Made by a program: the position numbers and the translations under genes. From positions 99,532 to 163,531 of the forward strand of contig CAJTWC010000001.1 of assembly GCA_910580185.1 (NCBI GenBank): a stretch of 64,000 nt of DNA, read 5' to 3'. Source of the DNA: an uncultured Bacilli bacterium. Its GTDB lineage: Bacteria > Bacillota_I > Bacilli_A > RF39 > UBA660. How positions within the stretch are numbered: position 1 is the first letter of the stretch; every line of letters begins with the position of its first letter. Positions 10,345 to 20,362 of this stretch are shown piece after piece. Below the pieces are notes generated by a model that saw only the letters and a list, made by a program, of their open reading frames with translations, did not search any database and had not been told where the DNA came from.

Positions 10345-10695
10345 TTAGCTTTCTTCATCTATTAATTTATGCTGCTTTTCATACCAGGCTGGAGCACAGG
10401 AAATTAAAACCTTACAATTAGCATCCCATCTGTATGCTTCACCTTTTTCTATCAAAATAACATCGCCCGCTTTAAACTCTATTATTTCATCTTTTTTAAT
10501 TAACTTTCCCGTTCCTTCCATAATATACAAAAGTTCTTTAACTTCTAAGTTAATACAGTATCCAGAAACTGGATACTTACCATTTACCGTTGCAACTGAT
10601 ACGTTTATATCAGGATCTCCTAATGGATATTCTAGATTTTGACAATTATTACTATTCTTATACAAAACAGCTGCTTCTTTTTTACATACTTTCAT
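10345..10695 (-). CDS. Small cupin-domain protein (paralog of 24868-25230)
   Basis: I place the start at MKVCKK, behind the RBS GGAGGAA, so it overlaps the alr stop by 14 nt. It aligns along its full length with the 24868-25230 product (shared segments include NG.YP.SGYC, KEL.YI.EG.G and CAPAWYE/CTPAWYK). Confidence 0.7.
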   Translation of the reverse strand: MKVCKKEAAVLYKNSNNCQNLEYPLGDPDINVSVATVNGKYPVSGYCINLEVKELLYIMEGTGKLIKKDEIIEFKAGDVILIEKGEAYRWDANCKVLISCAPAWYEKQHKLIDEES

Positions 10696-11797
10696 TTTCT
10701 TCCTCCACAAACACTCTTGGTACTCTATATGATATAGTACTCATTATTTCATAATTTATTGTACCACATAAATCGGCGATTTCATCTAATTTTATTATAT
10801 CGTTATCCCATATAAACGCATCTAGACCTACAGTTACTTCTTTAATATCTGTTACATCAACCATGATTCCATCCATGCAAACACTACCTATTATAGGAGC
10901 TTTTCTTTCGTTTATTACAACATATCCTCTGTTAGATATCATTCTTCTTAAACCATCTGCATAACCAATAGGAATAGTTGCAATAACACTTTTCCTTTTA
11001 GTTATAAAACTTCTAGAATAACTGATGCTTGTCCCTTCATCTACTTCTTTTAGAAACGTTATCTTAGATTTTAATTTAGCTACTGGCTTTAAAGATATTT
11101 TATCATAAGTTCCTTTAAATGATTCATACCCATACATTATTATACCCGGTCTTGCTAAGTTAAATATTCCACTCTGAAAATTTATTATCCCGTTAGAAGC
11201 TGATGCATGAACGTATTTAATATCACCCATTTCGCTTCTTATTATTCTAACAGCTTCCTTAAAAGTATCCAATTGTTTTTTAGTGTATTCTTGATCCGTA
11301 TCCGCAGATGATAAATGGGTATATACACCTTCTACTTTAATGTTATTAGCACTTTTAAGTCTATTAACAAAGGTATTTATATTACTAGGTAAAACACCTG
11401 TTCTTCCCATACCGGTATCAATTTCTATGTGAACTCTAATACATTTATCTTGTTTTAAAACTTCTTCTAAAAAATCAGTAGAAGATAATCCAATTACTAA
11501 ATCATTATCTATAATTTTAGAAAGTTCACCTATATAAGGCTGATTTAATATAAAAATATCCTTTTTATAACCAAGACGTCTTACGTTTACTCCTTCATCT
11601 ACCGTTGCAAGTCCTACTATATCAAACTCATTTAATACGTCCAATCTTTTATTTATATATGTTCCGTAACCATTAGCTTTAATAACAGGCATAATATTAG
11701 TATCTTTACCTACTATTTTTTTAATTTCTTTTATGTTATGTTTAAAGTTATCAATACTTACTTCCATAACCGTAGGTCTTGTAACATTTACATTCAT
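10682..11797 (-). CDS. alr: Alanine racemase
   Basis: PLP-lysine motif MPVIKANGYGTY, and length and overall pattern typical of Alr. Confidence 0.9.
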   Translation of the reverse strand: MNVNVTRPTVMEVSIDNFKHNIKEIKKIVGKDTNIMPVIKANGYGTYINKRLDVLNEFDIVGLATVDEGVNVRRLGYKKDIFILNQPYIGELSKIIDNDLVIGLSSTDFLEEVLKQDKCIRVHIEIDTGMGRTGVLPSNINTFVNRLKSANNIKVEGVYTHLSSADTDQEYTKKQLDTFKEAVRIIRSEMGDIKYVHASASNGIINFQSGIFNLARPGIIMYGYESFKGTYDKISLKPVAKLKSKITFLKEVDEGTSISYSRSFITKRKSVIATIPIGYADGLRRMISNRGYVVINERKAPIIGSVCMDGIMVDVTDIKEVTVGLDAFIWDNDIIKLDEIADLCGTINYEIMSTISYRVPRVFVEEENESM

Positions 11798-11913
11798 TTT
11801 AAAACACTTCCTTTATTAATTTATATGTTATTAAAATTTTACTATAATACTTATAAATCTATATGTTGATAATATCATATCCCCGTCAAGATTTTAAAGA
11901 AAATGTGGAAAAT

Positions 11914-11943
11914 GTAAAAAAAGAAGTTTTTTAAGACTTCTTT
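11914..11943 (-). terminator. Intrinsic terminator after the TetR/ABC operon
   Basis: Hairpin AGAAGT..ACTTCT followed by U7 on the minus strand. Confidence 0.6.
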
Positions 11944-11956
11944 TAAATTTCTTTAT

Positions 11957-13705
11957 CTAATTAAATTTTTTATCTTCATCATCTATTTCTGATTCATATA
12001 ATCTTTTATACGGTTTATTATTTTTTAATAACTCTTCATGTGTTCCAATTCCATTTACTTTTCCATCTTCAATCAAGTAGATTTTATCACACCCCTTAAT
12101 GGTAGACAATCTATGGGCAATAATTAAAATAGTATAATCATTTTTTAAATTATCAATTGCTTTTTGTATCTTACTTTGGGTTTCATTATCCAAGGCACTA
12201 GTTGCCTCATCAAATAATATTATCTTAGTATTTTGAATAAAAGCCCTAGCAATAGCAAGTCTTTGTCTTTGACCACCTGATAATATAACTCCACTTTCTC
12301 CAACTATAGTATCATACTTATCAGGAAGTGACTCTATATAATCATCAAGACAAGCAAGACGGCAAGCTTCTTTAATCTCTTCGTCTGTTACGTTTTCTTT
12401 TACCAATCTTAAATTATCTTTAATGCTCATATTAAAAATATATGGGTTTTGACTAATTATGGTAATATTTCCCCTAATTGATTCTTCATCTAATTCATTA
12501 ATATCTATGCCATCTATTTTAATTTTACCTTTTTCTATATTATATAACTTGCATAGCAAAGAAAATATTGTAGTTTTACCCGCTCCTGATTTTCCAACAA
12601 AAGCAACCGTTTCGTTTTCTTTTATTTTAAATGACATACCATATAATACTTTTTTTCCATTATCATATGAAAAATCAACATTACTGAATTCAAAATTACC
12701 CTTTATATTATTTATATGTTTCTTACCAAAAGATTCTTTTTTAAATTCCTTGTTTTCAAGTATGGAAAATACTCTGTTACTAGACAAGTTAAATGATTTT
12801 AATTCAGATAATAAATCTCCTACTTTTTCCATTAAGTTAGTAAGTAATCTTGTTCTGTACGAAAATACTATAACAGCAGATGAGATAGCTAATAAATTAG
12901 ATTTTATTAATAAGATTAATAATATGACAAGCCCAAACTCCGCAATTATTTGAACAATATTTATTAAACAATCAAAATCATTTTCTGTATTTCTCATCTC
13001 AAACATTTTTAGTGATAACAAATTAATGTTTCTTTCTATTTCTTCCATAAACGATTTTCTTGCGTTAAGCATTTTTATGTCTCTAACTCCTCTAATTAAT
13101 TCGGTTGAAAGTCCCATGGTTTTATCATTTTGCATTCTAAATTCTTTATCTTTTTGATTAAATTTTCTAACCTTTATAAGATAAATAATTGTTAATATAA
13201 GAGTTACTAATAAATAGTATAAAAACGCTATTTTATTAATGACGAACACTGCAACAAATATACCAATATTAGAAATAAGCCCTGTTATATGACCCATTCC
13301 CATGGTAAATATATGAGAAAGTTCATTTGTATCGCTACCTATTCTTTGCACAAATTTACCAGTTGTATTTTTATCAATATCACTTACCTCTATTTTAAGT
13401 ATTTCATTACCTAATTTAACTTGTATATCACGAGCTACACCTCTAAAAAATATTTGGGTATTTCTTCTTAAAAATACTCTTACAAACGCATTAAAAATTG
13501 CTATAGCAAGTATTAATAACGATGTATAAAATAACTCTTTATATATGTTATCAGTTAAATAAAGTAATTGTTTAGAACCTAATATTGGAAGAATAATATT
13601 AGCAGCTACAAAAACAACACAACAAAAAATCTGCGCATAAAAAGCTTTTTTATATTTCTTACCAAATTCCATTACTTTCTTTAAATTAGTAATAGTTTCT
13701 TTCAT
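11957..13705 (-). CDS. ABC exporter, fused permease/ATPase
   Basis: Six-TM N-terminal half; Walker A GKSGAGKTT, signature LSGGQRQR, Walker B ILFDEATS. Confidence 0.9.
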   Translation of the reverse strand: MKETITNLKKVMEFGKKYKKAFYAQIFCCVVFVAANIILPILGSKQLLYLTDNIYKELFYTSLLILAIAIFNAFVRVFLRRNTQIFFRGVARDIQVKLGNEILKIEVSDIDKNTTGKFVQRIGSDTNELSHIFTMGMGHITGLISNIGIFVAVFVINKIAFLYYLLVTLILTIIYLIKVRKFNQKDKEFRMQNDKTMGLSTELIRGVRDIKMLNARKSFMEEIERNINLLSLKMFEMRNTENDFDCLINIVQIIAEFGLVILLILLIKSNLLAISSAVIVFSYRTRLLTNLMEKVGDLLSELKSFNLSSNRVFSILENKEFKKESFGKKHINNIKGNFEFSNVDFSYDNGKKVLYGMSFKIKENETVAFVGKSGAGKTTIFSLLCKLYNIEKGKIKIDGIDINELDEESIRGNITIISQNPYIFNMSIKDNLRLVKENVTDEEIKEACRLACLDDYIESLPDKYDTIVGESGVILSGGQRQRLAIARAFIQNTKIILFDEATSALDNETQSKIQKAIDNLKNDYTILIIAHRLSTIKGCDKIYLIEDGKVNGIGTHEELLKNNKPYKRLYESEIDDEDKKFN

Positions 13706-14260
13706 CTAAATCACCTTCTTTAATTTTTCTATTAAATCCTTAATTAATTTTTTTATTTCTTCTTCATTTACTAAAATACTATTACAAGCTATTTGACACG
13801 ATAAGCCATGAGTATAAAATCTTATATCTCTATAAAGATTTTCAGCTTGTTTTTTAGTAATGTTATACTGCACTGGTATAGAATGTATAGTTTCAATATT
13901 CCAACTTGAATTTAAAACCTCATCTATTGTTCTACTTCCTGCTAAATCGGTCATAAATAATGCTTTAAATATATTTGGCTCTTTATATGCAAATAATGCA
14001 TACGCATAACTAATAGTAAATAAATAGTCTTTTTTATCCACAAGCTTATAAATAAACGCATCATAGTAGTCATGAAGATATTTTTTTAATTTTCCTTTTA
14101 GCCCATCCATACTTTCAAAATTTTTAAATAATGGTTGTGTTGAACATCCAATGTATTTGCATAGTTCCCTAGCATTAAGTAATTGAATACCTTTATTTTT
14201 TATAAAGTCTGCTGATTTTTCTAAAATTACTTTTTCATCAAAAACAGTCCTTCTTGCCAT
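13706..14260 (-). CDS. TetR/AcrR-family transcriptional regulator
   Basis: N-terminal HTH (ARELCKYIGCSTQPLFKNF). It abuts the ABC exporter gene. Confidence 0.8.
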   Translation of the reverse strand: MARRTVFDEKVILEKSADFIKNKGIQLLNARELCKYIGCSTQPLFKNFESMDGLKGKLKKYLHDYYDAFIYKLVDKKDYLFTISYAYALFAYKEPNIFKALFMTDLAGSRTIDEVLNSSWNIETIHSIPVQYNITKKQAENLYRDIRFYTHGLSCQIACNSILVNEEEIKKLIKDLIEKLKKVI

Positions 14261-14590
14261 AAAATCACCCTTTCTAAGTATTAAATAACAATTGTTATTT
14301 AATTATAAGTGTTTATATTAGAAATGTCAATATAAAAAAAGAAAACCTTGTCGAAACATGGCTTTCTTATACATTTAACAATCGAGATCATTTATTATTC
14401 GCACCACCCGTAAGCGAATACATCTGTTTTTCTTTTAACAACTTTAGATATTCTATAATTTTATACACTTGGGTAAAATGATCGTCAACCATAAATTTAC
14501 TTTGTTCACATGCTACTTTTGCATTTTCTTTTAATACTTCTATAATTCTACCAATAAAATTCTACAATGTAAAAATATTATTCTTTATAT

Positions 14591-15463
14591 TCATTTAACA
14601 AGATTCTTTTTATCAATATTTTCTAATAACTTTTGATTAACTATATCATCATTTATTAAAGTTATAGAAAATGTTTTATAACCAATTCTGTTTATGGATG
14701 TTCCGCAGTGATATACTTTATTTTTATCTATTATAAAATATCTATCATGAAAAGTATTATCATATATTACTTTTAAATTTGAATATTGTTTATTATATTT
14801 CTCTATATCAGTTTTACTAATCAAACTATCCTTTCTTGTTATTATAGTAACTTTTATTTTTAATTTTTTTATAATATCCAAAATAGTTTTATCTGCATAA
14901 GAATCTATTATTACTAAATCATTTTTAGCTTCTTTAAATATATCAAGTATCTTTGAATATGCGTCATAAATTTGGCCACTAAAATATATTTCGTTTGTGT
15001 TTTTCTTTTCTTCAAGCTTACTAAATGATTCCTGTAATAATTTTATTTCATCATCGTGTCTTATTGTCATATTATTAAAATACTTTTGAGCAAGCAAACT
15101 ATCAGATATGTATTTTCTCATATTAACAAAGGCATCCATTATTGCTATGCTCGTTTTTACTGCTATTTTAGATTTAAGAATCGTTGCGATCATAGCTACA
15201 CCTTGCTCAGTAAAAGCAGTGTGTCCTTTCCTAGCACCACCCTTTGAAGTCGCAATTTGCGACTTCAAATAATTATATTCTTTTTCAGTAATTCTAAAAC
15301 AAAACCTTTCGGGGAATTTTTCTTTGTTTCTTGATACTGCCTCATTAATTCTTTTAGTATCAACATGATAAAGTTTTGCTAAATCACTATCTAACATTAC
15401 CTGCTTATCTCTTACGTTATATATCATATCTTTTATATCAATTTTATCTTCTATTTCATACAT
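14591..15463 (-). CDS. ORF6N (KilA-N-like) domain protein with an HDR-containing C-terminal domain
   Basis: The N-terminus IYNVRDKQVMLDSDLAKLYHVDTKRINEAVSRNKEKFPERFCFRIT matches the ORF6N pattern. The C-terminus contains FHDRYFIIDKNKVYHCGTSIN. Confidence 0.7.
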   Translation of the reverse strand: MYEIEDKIDIKDMIYNVRDKQVMLDSDLAKLYHVDTKRINEAVSRNKEKFPERFCFRITEKEYNYLKSQIATSKGGARKGHTAFTEQGVAMIATILKSKIAVKTSIAIMDAFVNMRKYISDSLLAQKYFNNMTIRHDDEIKLLQESFSKLEEKKNTNEIYFSGQIYDAYSKILDIFKEAKNDLVIIDSYADKTILDIIKKLKIKVTIITRKDSLISKTDIEKYNKQYSNLKVIYDNTFHDRYFIIDKNKVYHCGTSINRIGYKTFSITLINDDIVNQKLLENIDKKNLVK

Positions 15464-15570
15464 AGTATCACCTCTTTGGTGAAATATAATATATTAATAA
15501 TAACGTTTATAATGTCGATTATTGTTTTTTCATGCATATTTTATATTAACCATTACCTAAAAACTTATCA

Positions 15571-15600
15571 AAATAAAAAGAAAAGTCTACATAACTTTCC
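15571..15600 (-). terminator. Intrinsic terminator after gatB
   Basis: Minus-strand hairpin GGAAAGT-TATGTAG-ACTTTTC followed by a U-rich run. This is the first convincing terminator I can see downstream of the T-box promoter at ~28.9 kb. Confidence 0.6.
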
Positions 15601-17025
15601 TTATTTATTATAATTAGCAAGCTCTTCTCTTAGCATTTCCATAGTTTTAGCTGGATTTGCTTTACCACGAGTCTTTTTCATAACCTGTCCAACGAAGAAG
15701 TCTATCATTCTTGTTTTTTCAGGATTATATTCTCTTGCTTGTTCATCATTTTCTTTTAATACTTCCATAACAACATCATGAATAGCAGCGTCATCAGTTA
15801 TTTGCATCATACCTTTTTCTTTAACGATAACGTTAGGTTCTTTACCTGATTCTACCATGTCTTCAAATACTTCTTTAGCTTGTTTTGAAGATATGGTTTT
15901 GCTATCAACTAAATCAATTAACTCTTTTATCATAGCTGGCTTAACAGGTACATCTTCTATTTTCATTTCGTTAGTATTTAAGTATCCCATAAGCATACCA
16001 GTAACCCAGTTACAAGCTTTTTTAGGATCAGCGCCTAATTCAACGCATTCATTAAAGAAGTCTGAGTTTTCTTTAACCTTAACTAATACTTCTGCGTCAT
16101 ACTTAGAAAGTTCATATTCATCCATGTACTTTCTTACTCTATCTAATTGAAGCATAGGAATTGTTTTTCTAATTTCTTCTAACATTTCATCAGTTACATC
16201 AGTTGGTGCAATGTTTGGTTCGATAAAGTATTTATAATCAACCGCATCAGCTTTATCTCTCATCTTGAAAGTCTCGCCAGTTTCATCATCAAAACGTCTT
16301 GTTTCTTGTTCTACCGTACCTCCATTTTGAAGAATTTCAGTTTGTCTTTCAATTTCATAATCAATTGCACGACCAACGTTATAAAATGAGTTAATGTTTT
16401 TCATTTCAACTTTAGTACCTAACTCATCAGTATCTGAAATTGATACGTTAACGTCGCATCTCATTTGACCTCTATCACTTCTAGCTTCTGATACACCACA
16501 ATAAACGATTAACGAACGATATGTTTCTAGGAACGTTAAAGCCTCTTCTTTAGAATGTAAACAAGGTTCTGTTACCGTTTCTAAAAGTGGAACACATGCT
16601 CTGTTGTAATCTATTAAAGAATACGTGTCGTAGTGATCAAGGGACGCTGTATCTTCTTCTAAGTGAGTATCATGAATATCTACTCTTTTAATTTCACCAT
16701 TAACGTCAATATCAACATAACCATTTATACCAACTGGTTTAGTCATTTGTGTTATTTGGTATCCCTTTGGTAAATCTGGATAGTAATAGTTTTTTCTATC
16801 AAAGATTATTTCATCAGGAGTTGTACAATTCATTGCCATAGATACTTTTAAAGCTCTTTTAACAGCTTCTTCATTTGCTACTGGTAAAATTCCTGGAAAG
16901 CCTAAATCTTGGTATGCTACGTGTGAGTTTGGCGCCTCTGTATATCCATTTATAGCAGGAGAAAATACTTTTGAGTTTGATTCTAGTTCACAGTGAACTT
17001 CTAGTCCGATTGTTACTTTATACAT
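15601..17025 (-). CDS. gatB: Asp/Glu-tRNA amidotransferase subunit B
   Basis: The N-terminus YKVTIGLEVHCEL and the overall pattern are typical of GatB. Confidence 0.95.
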   Translation of the reverse strand: MYKVTIGLEVHCELESNSKVFSPAINGYTEAPNSHVAYQDLGFPGILPVANEEAVKRALKVSMAMNCTTPDEIIFDRKNYYYPDLPKGYQITQMTKPVGINGYVDIDVNGEIKRVDIHDTHLEEDTASLDHYDTYSLIDYNRACVPLLETVTEPCLHSKEEALTFLETYRSLIVYCGVSEARSDRGQMRCDVNVSISDTDELGTKVEMKNINSFYNVGRAIDYEIERQTEILQNGGTVEQETRRFDDETGETFKMRDKADAVDYKYFIEPNIAPTDVTDEMLEEIRKTIPMLQLDRVRKYMDEYELSKYDAEVLVKVKENSDFFNECVELGADPKKACNWVTGMLMGYLNTNEMKIEDVPVKPAMIKELIDLVDSKTISSKQAKEVFEDMVESGKEPNVIVKEKGMMQITDDAAIHDVVMEVLKENDEQAREYNPEKTRMIDFFVGQVMKKTRGKANPAKTMEMLREELANYNK

Positions 17026-17026
17026 G

Positions 17027-18466
17027 TTATTTTTCCTCCTTTACGTTTAATGGTACAAAACCAATTTTTTCTTCTAATGCTGCAGCCATGTTAATAACGG
17101 TGCTATCGGTCTTTATTGGACCAGATATGTTAATTGCAACTGGCATACCTTCTACCATCCCTGATGGAATTGAAATTGATGGGAAACCACCAAAGTTAGA
17201 AATTACCATGTTTTCTGCAAATAGCAAATAGTTATCTGACATAACGTCACTAGTTTCTCCAAAATGTGGAGCGATAGTGTTAGTATTTGGCATAATGCAT
17301 CCATCGTACTTTTTAAATAACTCATTCATTTTATCAACGATTAATCTTCTAATTCTTTGTGCGTTCTTAAATAACTTTTCTTGGTTTTCTTTTTGAAGAA
17401 TAAATGATCCTAAAACAAATCTTCTTCTAATTAGTTCTGAGAATCCTTCGGTTCTAGTATTAATCATAACCTCAGCTGGAGTGTGTCCTTCTTTTCTATT
17501 TCCAAAAGGAATACCAGTAAGGTTTGAGTTATTACTAGTTGCTTCAGCACAAGATATAGCCATATAAGAAGGATATAAGCTTCTTAAAATATTTTCATCG
17601 ATACTTTCTTCTTCTACTTCCATACCACATTCTTTAGCATATTCTATACTTTTCATAAAATTATCATAAAATTCTGGTGTATTTTTTAATTCTTCATTTA
17701 GTTCTTTAATGTAGAATAATTTCTTTCCTTTAACGCAAGTAGTATAACTATCTACTAAGTTAATGTTAGATGAATCTATTGATGTCATATCTCTTTCATC
17801 TATTCCTTTAATTGCATCAATTACGTATGCAACATCTTTTACTTTTCTTGTAAAACATCCTACGTGGTCCATACTAGATGCAAAAGCAAATAATCCCCAA
17901 CGTGATACTAATCCATAAGTTGGTTTATATCCTACAACACCACAGTATCCAGCTGGTTTACGAATAGAATCACCTGTATCAGTTCCTAGTGCGTAAGGTA
18001 CGATTCCTTTTGCTACTGCTGCGGCAGATCCAGCAGAAGAACCAGCTGTTTGTCTTGTAATATCCCATGGGTTTCTTACAACACCAGTATGACCAGTAGT
18101 TCCTGTTCCACCCATTCCAAGTTCATCCATAACGGTTTTACCCATCATAACGGCACCAGATTCTTTTAACTTTTCAATACAAGTTGCATCAAATACTGGA
18201 ACATAATCAGCTAAAATGTTTGATGAGGCGGTAGTTAAAACTCCCTTAGTTGATAAGTTATCTTTAATAGCGCAAGGAATACCAGATAATACGTTATCAG
18301 TTATTTCTTCTTCCTTAGCATCATCTAAGATAGTTACGAAGCTATTTAGCTCTTCCTGCGAAGCGTGAGCTCTTTCTAACGCTTCACGAGTAAGCTCGCT
18401 GCTAGTTACCTTACCTTCTTTTAAGGCAGCGTGTATTTCCTCTAAACTCTTATCTAAATAACTCAT
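17027..18466 (-). CDS. gatA: Asp/Glu-tRNA amidotransferase subunit A
   Basis: Amidase signature GGSSAGSAAAVA-like (AGSSAGSAAAVA) and typical length. Confidence 0.95.
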   Translation of the reverse strand: MSYLDKSLEEIHAALKEGKVTSSELTREALERAHASQEELNSFVTILDDAKEEEITDNVLSGIPCAIKDNLSTKGVLTTASSNILADYVPVFDATCIEKLKESGAVMMGKTVMDELGMGGTGTTGHTGVVRNPWDITRQTAGSSAGSAAAVAKGIVPYALGTDTGDSIRKPAGYCGVVGYKPTYGLVSRWGLFAFASSMDHVGCFTRKVKDVAYVIDAIKGIDERDMTSIDSSNINLVDSYTTCVKGKKLFYIKELNEELKNTPEFYDNFMKSIEYAKECGMEVEEESIDENILRSLYPSYMAISCAEATSNNSNLTGIPFGNRKEGHTPAEVMINTRTEGFSELIRRRFVLGSFILQKENQEKLFKNAQRIRRLIVDKMNELFKKYDGCIMPNTNTIAPHFGETSDVMSDNYLLFAENMVISNFGGFPSISIPSGMVEGMPVAINISGPIKTDSTVINMAAALEEKIGFVPLNVKEEK

Positions 18467-18771
18467 TATTCTTCACCTCCAACTACTTTTGGAACTTTAA
18501 CTTCATCATAGATTGTTTTATGTGCGTTTTTAACTGCATCTTCAGTAGTTAAAGTACTTGTGGCTTCATCTTTTCTTAATTTAGCATCCTTATTTCTAAA
18601 TGGGAAAGTCATAGGTTCTACCTTTTCTATTCCTTCTATTTTTCCAATTAAGTCCATTTGTTTTATGATTGTTTCAAACTCCTTTTCAAAAGTATCAAAC
18701 TCTTCATCTTTCATTTTAAACATTAATTTTAATGCGTAATCTTGAATGTTTTCTCTTGTTATTTTTTGCAT
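18466..18771 (-). CDS. gatC: Asp/Glu-tRNA amidotransferase subunit C
   Basis: 101 aa, in the position directly upstream of gatA, with GatC-like sequence. Confidence 0.85.
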   Translation of the reverse strand: MQKITRENIQDYALKLMFKMKDEEFDTFEKEFETIIKQMDLIGKIEGIEKVEPMTFPFRNKDAKLRKDEATSTLTTEDAVKNAHKTIYDEVKVPKVVGGEE

Positions 18772-18816
18772 CCTTTATCCTCCTTTGTTATTTCATTTTA
18801 CTAATCATTATCTATA

Positions 18817-19653
18817 TTAACATTTAATATCAAATACTAATAATTTTTCTTGATGTGGTTTCATTATTTTTTGAGCTTCCTTATGGAACTCTAACTGATT
18901 ATATGAAGTTATCGCATTAGCATCTCTAAAAGTCATAAATAAGCCATAATTAAAACCATTATCAAACTCTATTTTGGAACTACAGTTTTTACCAAATTCA
19001 ATATCTATTAAACCACCATCTAAAACTTCTTTACACTTTTCAAAATTATATATAATTTGTTCAATATCATGTTCGGATATTGAAGATTTAAATTTATATA
19101 AAACAACATGCTTAATCATAGAAGGTTTATCTTTTTGTTTTTCGTACATATATTCTGGAAGAGATTGGTTTAATCTTTCTCTTACATCTAAATCTTTCAA
19201 AACTTCTTCTATTTTTTCTTCGTCTTCCGAACCAACTTCTATTGATATTCCAACGTTATAAACGTTCTCTCTCCATAGTCTTACGTCACCATTACCATAT
19301 TCAATTCCATCTTTTTGAAGTTTAAAAGCGAAATCATAATCTTTAGAAAATTCTTTTTCAACAAATGCTAATGCTTCTTCTTCAGTATCAAATTCTTCTT
19401 TTAAAAGTACTCTATCTTCCTTTGAGCCATTAATAATTGGAGCATCTTTTCTTATTACTAATACATCTTTACTTTTCCACTGATTAATTTGATATACTCT
19501 AATCTTTAAAGTATCATCTGTTATTGCTGCTCCATTTTTATTAACATAGATCAAATCATAAAATGCAAAATCAGTCTTCTTTTCAAAGTTGTACTTTTTT
19601 ATGACTTCATCTACATTATCACTATTTAAAATAACTCTTGCATATTTCAACAT
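18817..19653 (-). CDS. Two-domain protein: unassigned N-terminal domain (possibly CYTH-like) plus a C-terminal Dabb stress-responsive alpha/beta barrel
   Basis: The C-terminal ~100 aa, MIKHVVLYKFKSS...AITSYNQLEFHKEA, fit the Dabb pattern. The N-terminal assignment is uncertain because there is no clear ExExK motif. Confidence 0.55.
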   Translation of the reverse strand: MLKYARVILNSDNVDEVIKKYNFEKKTDFAFYDLIYVNKNGAAITDDTLKIRVYQINQWKSKDVLVIRKDAPIINGSKEDRVLLKEEFDTEEEALAFVEKEFSKDYDFAFKLQKDGIEYGNGDVRLWRENVYNVGISIEVGSEDEEKIEEVLKDLDVRERLNQSLPEYMYEKQKDKPSMIKHVVLYKFKSSISEHDIEQIIYNFEKCKEVLDGGLIDIEFGKNCSSKIEFDNGFNYGLFMTFRDANAITSYNQLEFHKEAQKIMKPHQEKLLVFDIKC

Positions 19654-19664
19654 AACTAATCTCC

Positions 19665-20360
19665 TTAATTACTTTGATTTCTTTCTATAATTATATCACT
19701 AACCGTTAAATTTATATTATTAAATACGTTACTAATAATAACTTCCGCAACATCATCTGGATTCATAAACGTATGTTGCTTTTCTAATGAAACATAATCT
19801 CTACTATTTTTATAGAAGTTAGTATTTATTCCACCTGGATATACGCCTATTACTTTTACACTGGTTCCTTTATAAGCTACTTTTAAACTTTCAGTATAAC
19901 CTTTTTCTCCCCATTTGGTTGCACAATAAACACTTTCACCTTTATTGCCTCTTAAGGCAGCAGAACTCATTACGTTAACTATTCTTATATTTTCTTCTTT
20001 TATTTTAAGTAAATTACCAGTAAGCATAATCATTCCATATAAACCTTTAAAACAAGTATCTATATCTTTTTTTACATAGTCCTTAGGTAATTTAAAAGAT
20101 GGTTCTCCAGCATTATTAATAAGACCAATTATGTTTCCTTTTTTATTTATATCATCTATAGTATTAATAATAAATTCTTCATCCGATATATCACCATTAT
20201 AAATACTAACTTTATCTAGATAAGTATTTTTTAATTCATTCGAGGCCTCTTTATCTTGGTCAATTACACATACATAATAACCCTGATTAATTAGCTTCTT
20301 AGTTAATGATAAACCTAATCCGTTAGCTCCACCACTAACTATTACTATATCTTTGTTCAT
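19665..20360 (-). CDS. Short-chain dehydrogenase/reductase
   Basis: SGGANGLG glycine motif, NNAG, and YCATK (Y-x3-K). Confidence 0.8.
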   Translation of the reverse strand: MNKDIVIVSGGANGLGLSLTKKLINQGYYVCVIDQDKEASNELKNTYLDKVSIYNGDISDEEFIINTIDDINKKGNIIGLINNAGEPSFKLPKDYVKKDIDTCFKGLYGMIMLTGNLLKIKEENIRIVNVMSSAALRGNKGESVYCATKWGEKGYTESLKVAYKGTSVKVIGVYPGGINTNFYKNSRDYVSLEKQHTFMNPDDVAEVIISNVFNNINLTVSDIIIERNQSN

Positions 20361-20362
20361 AG

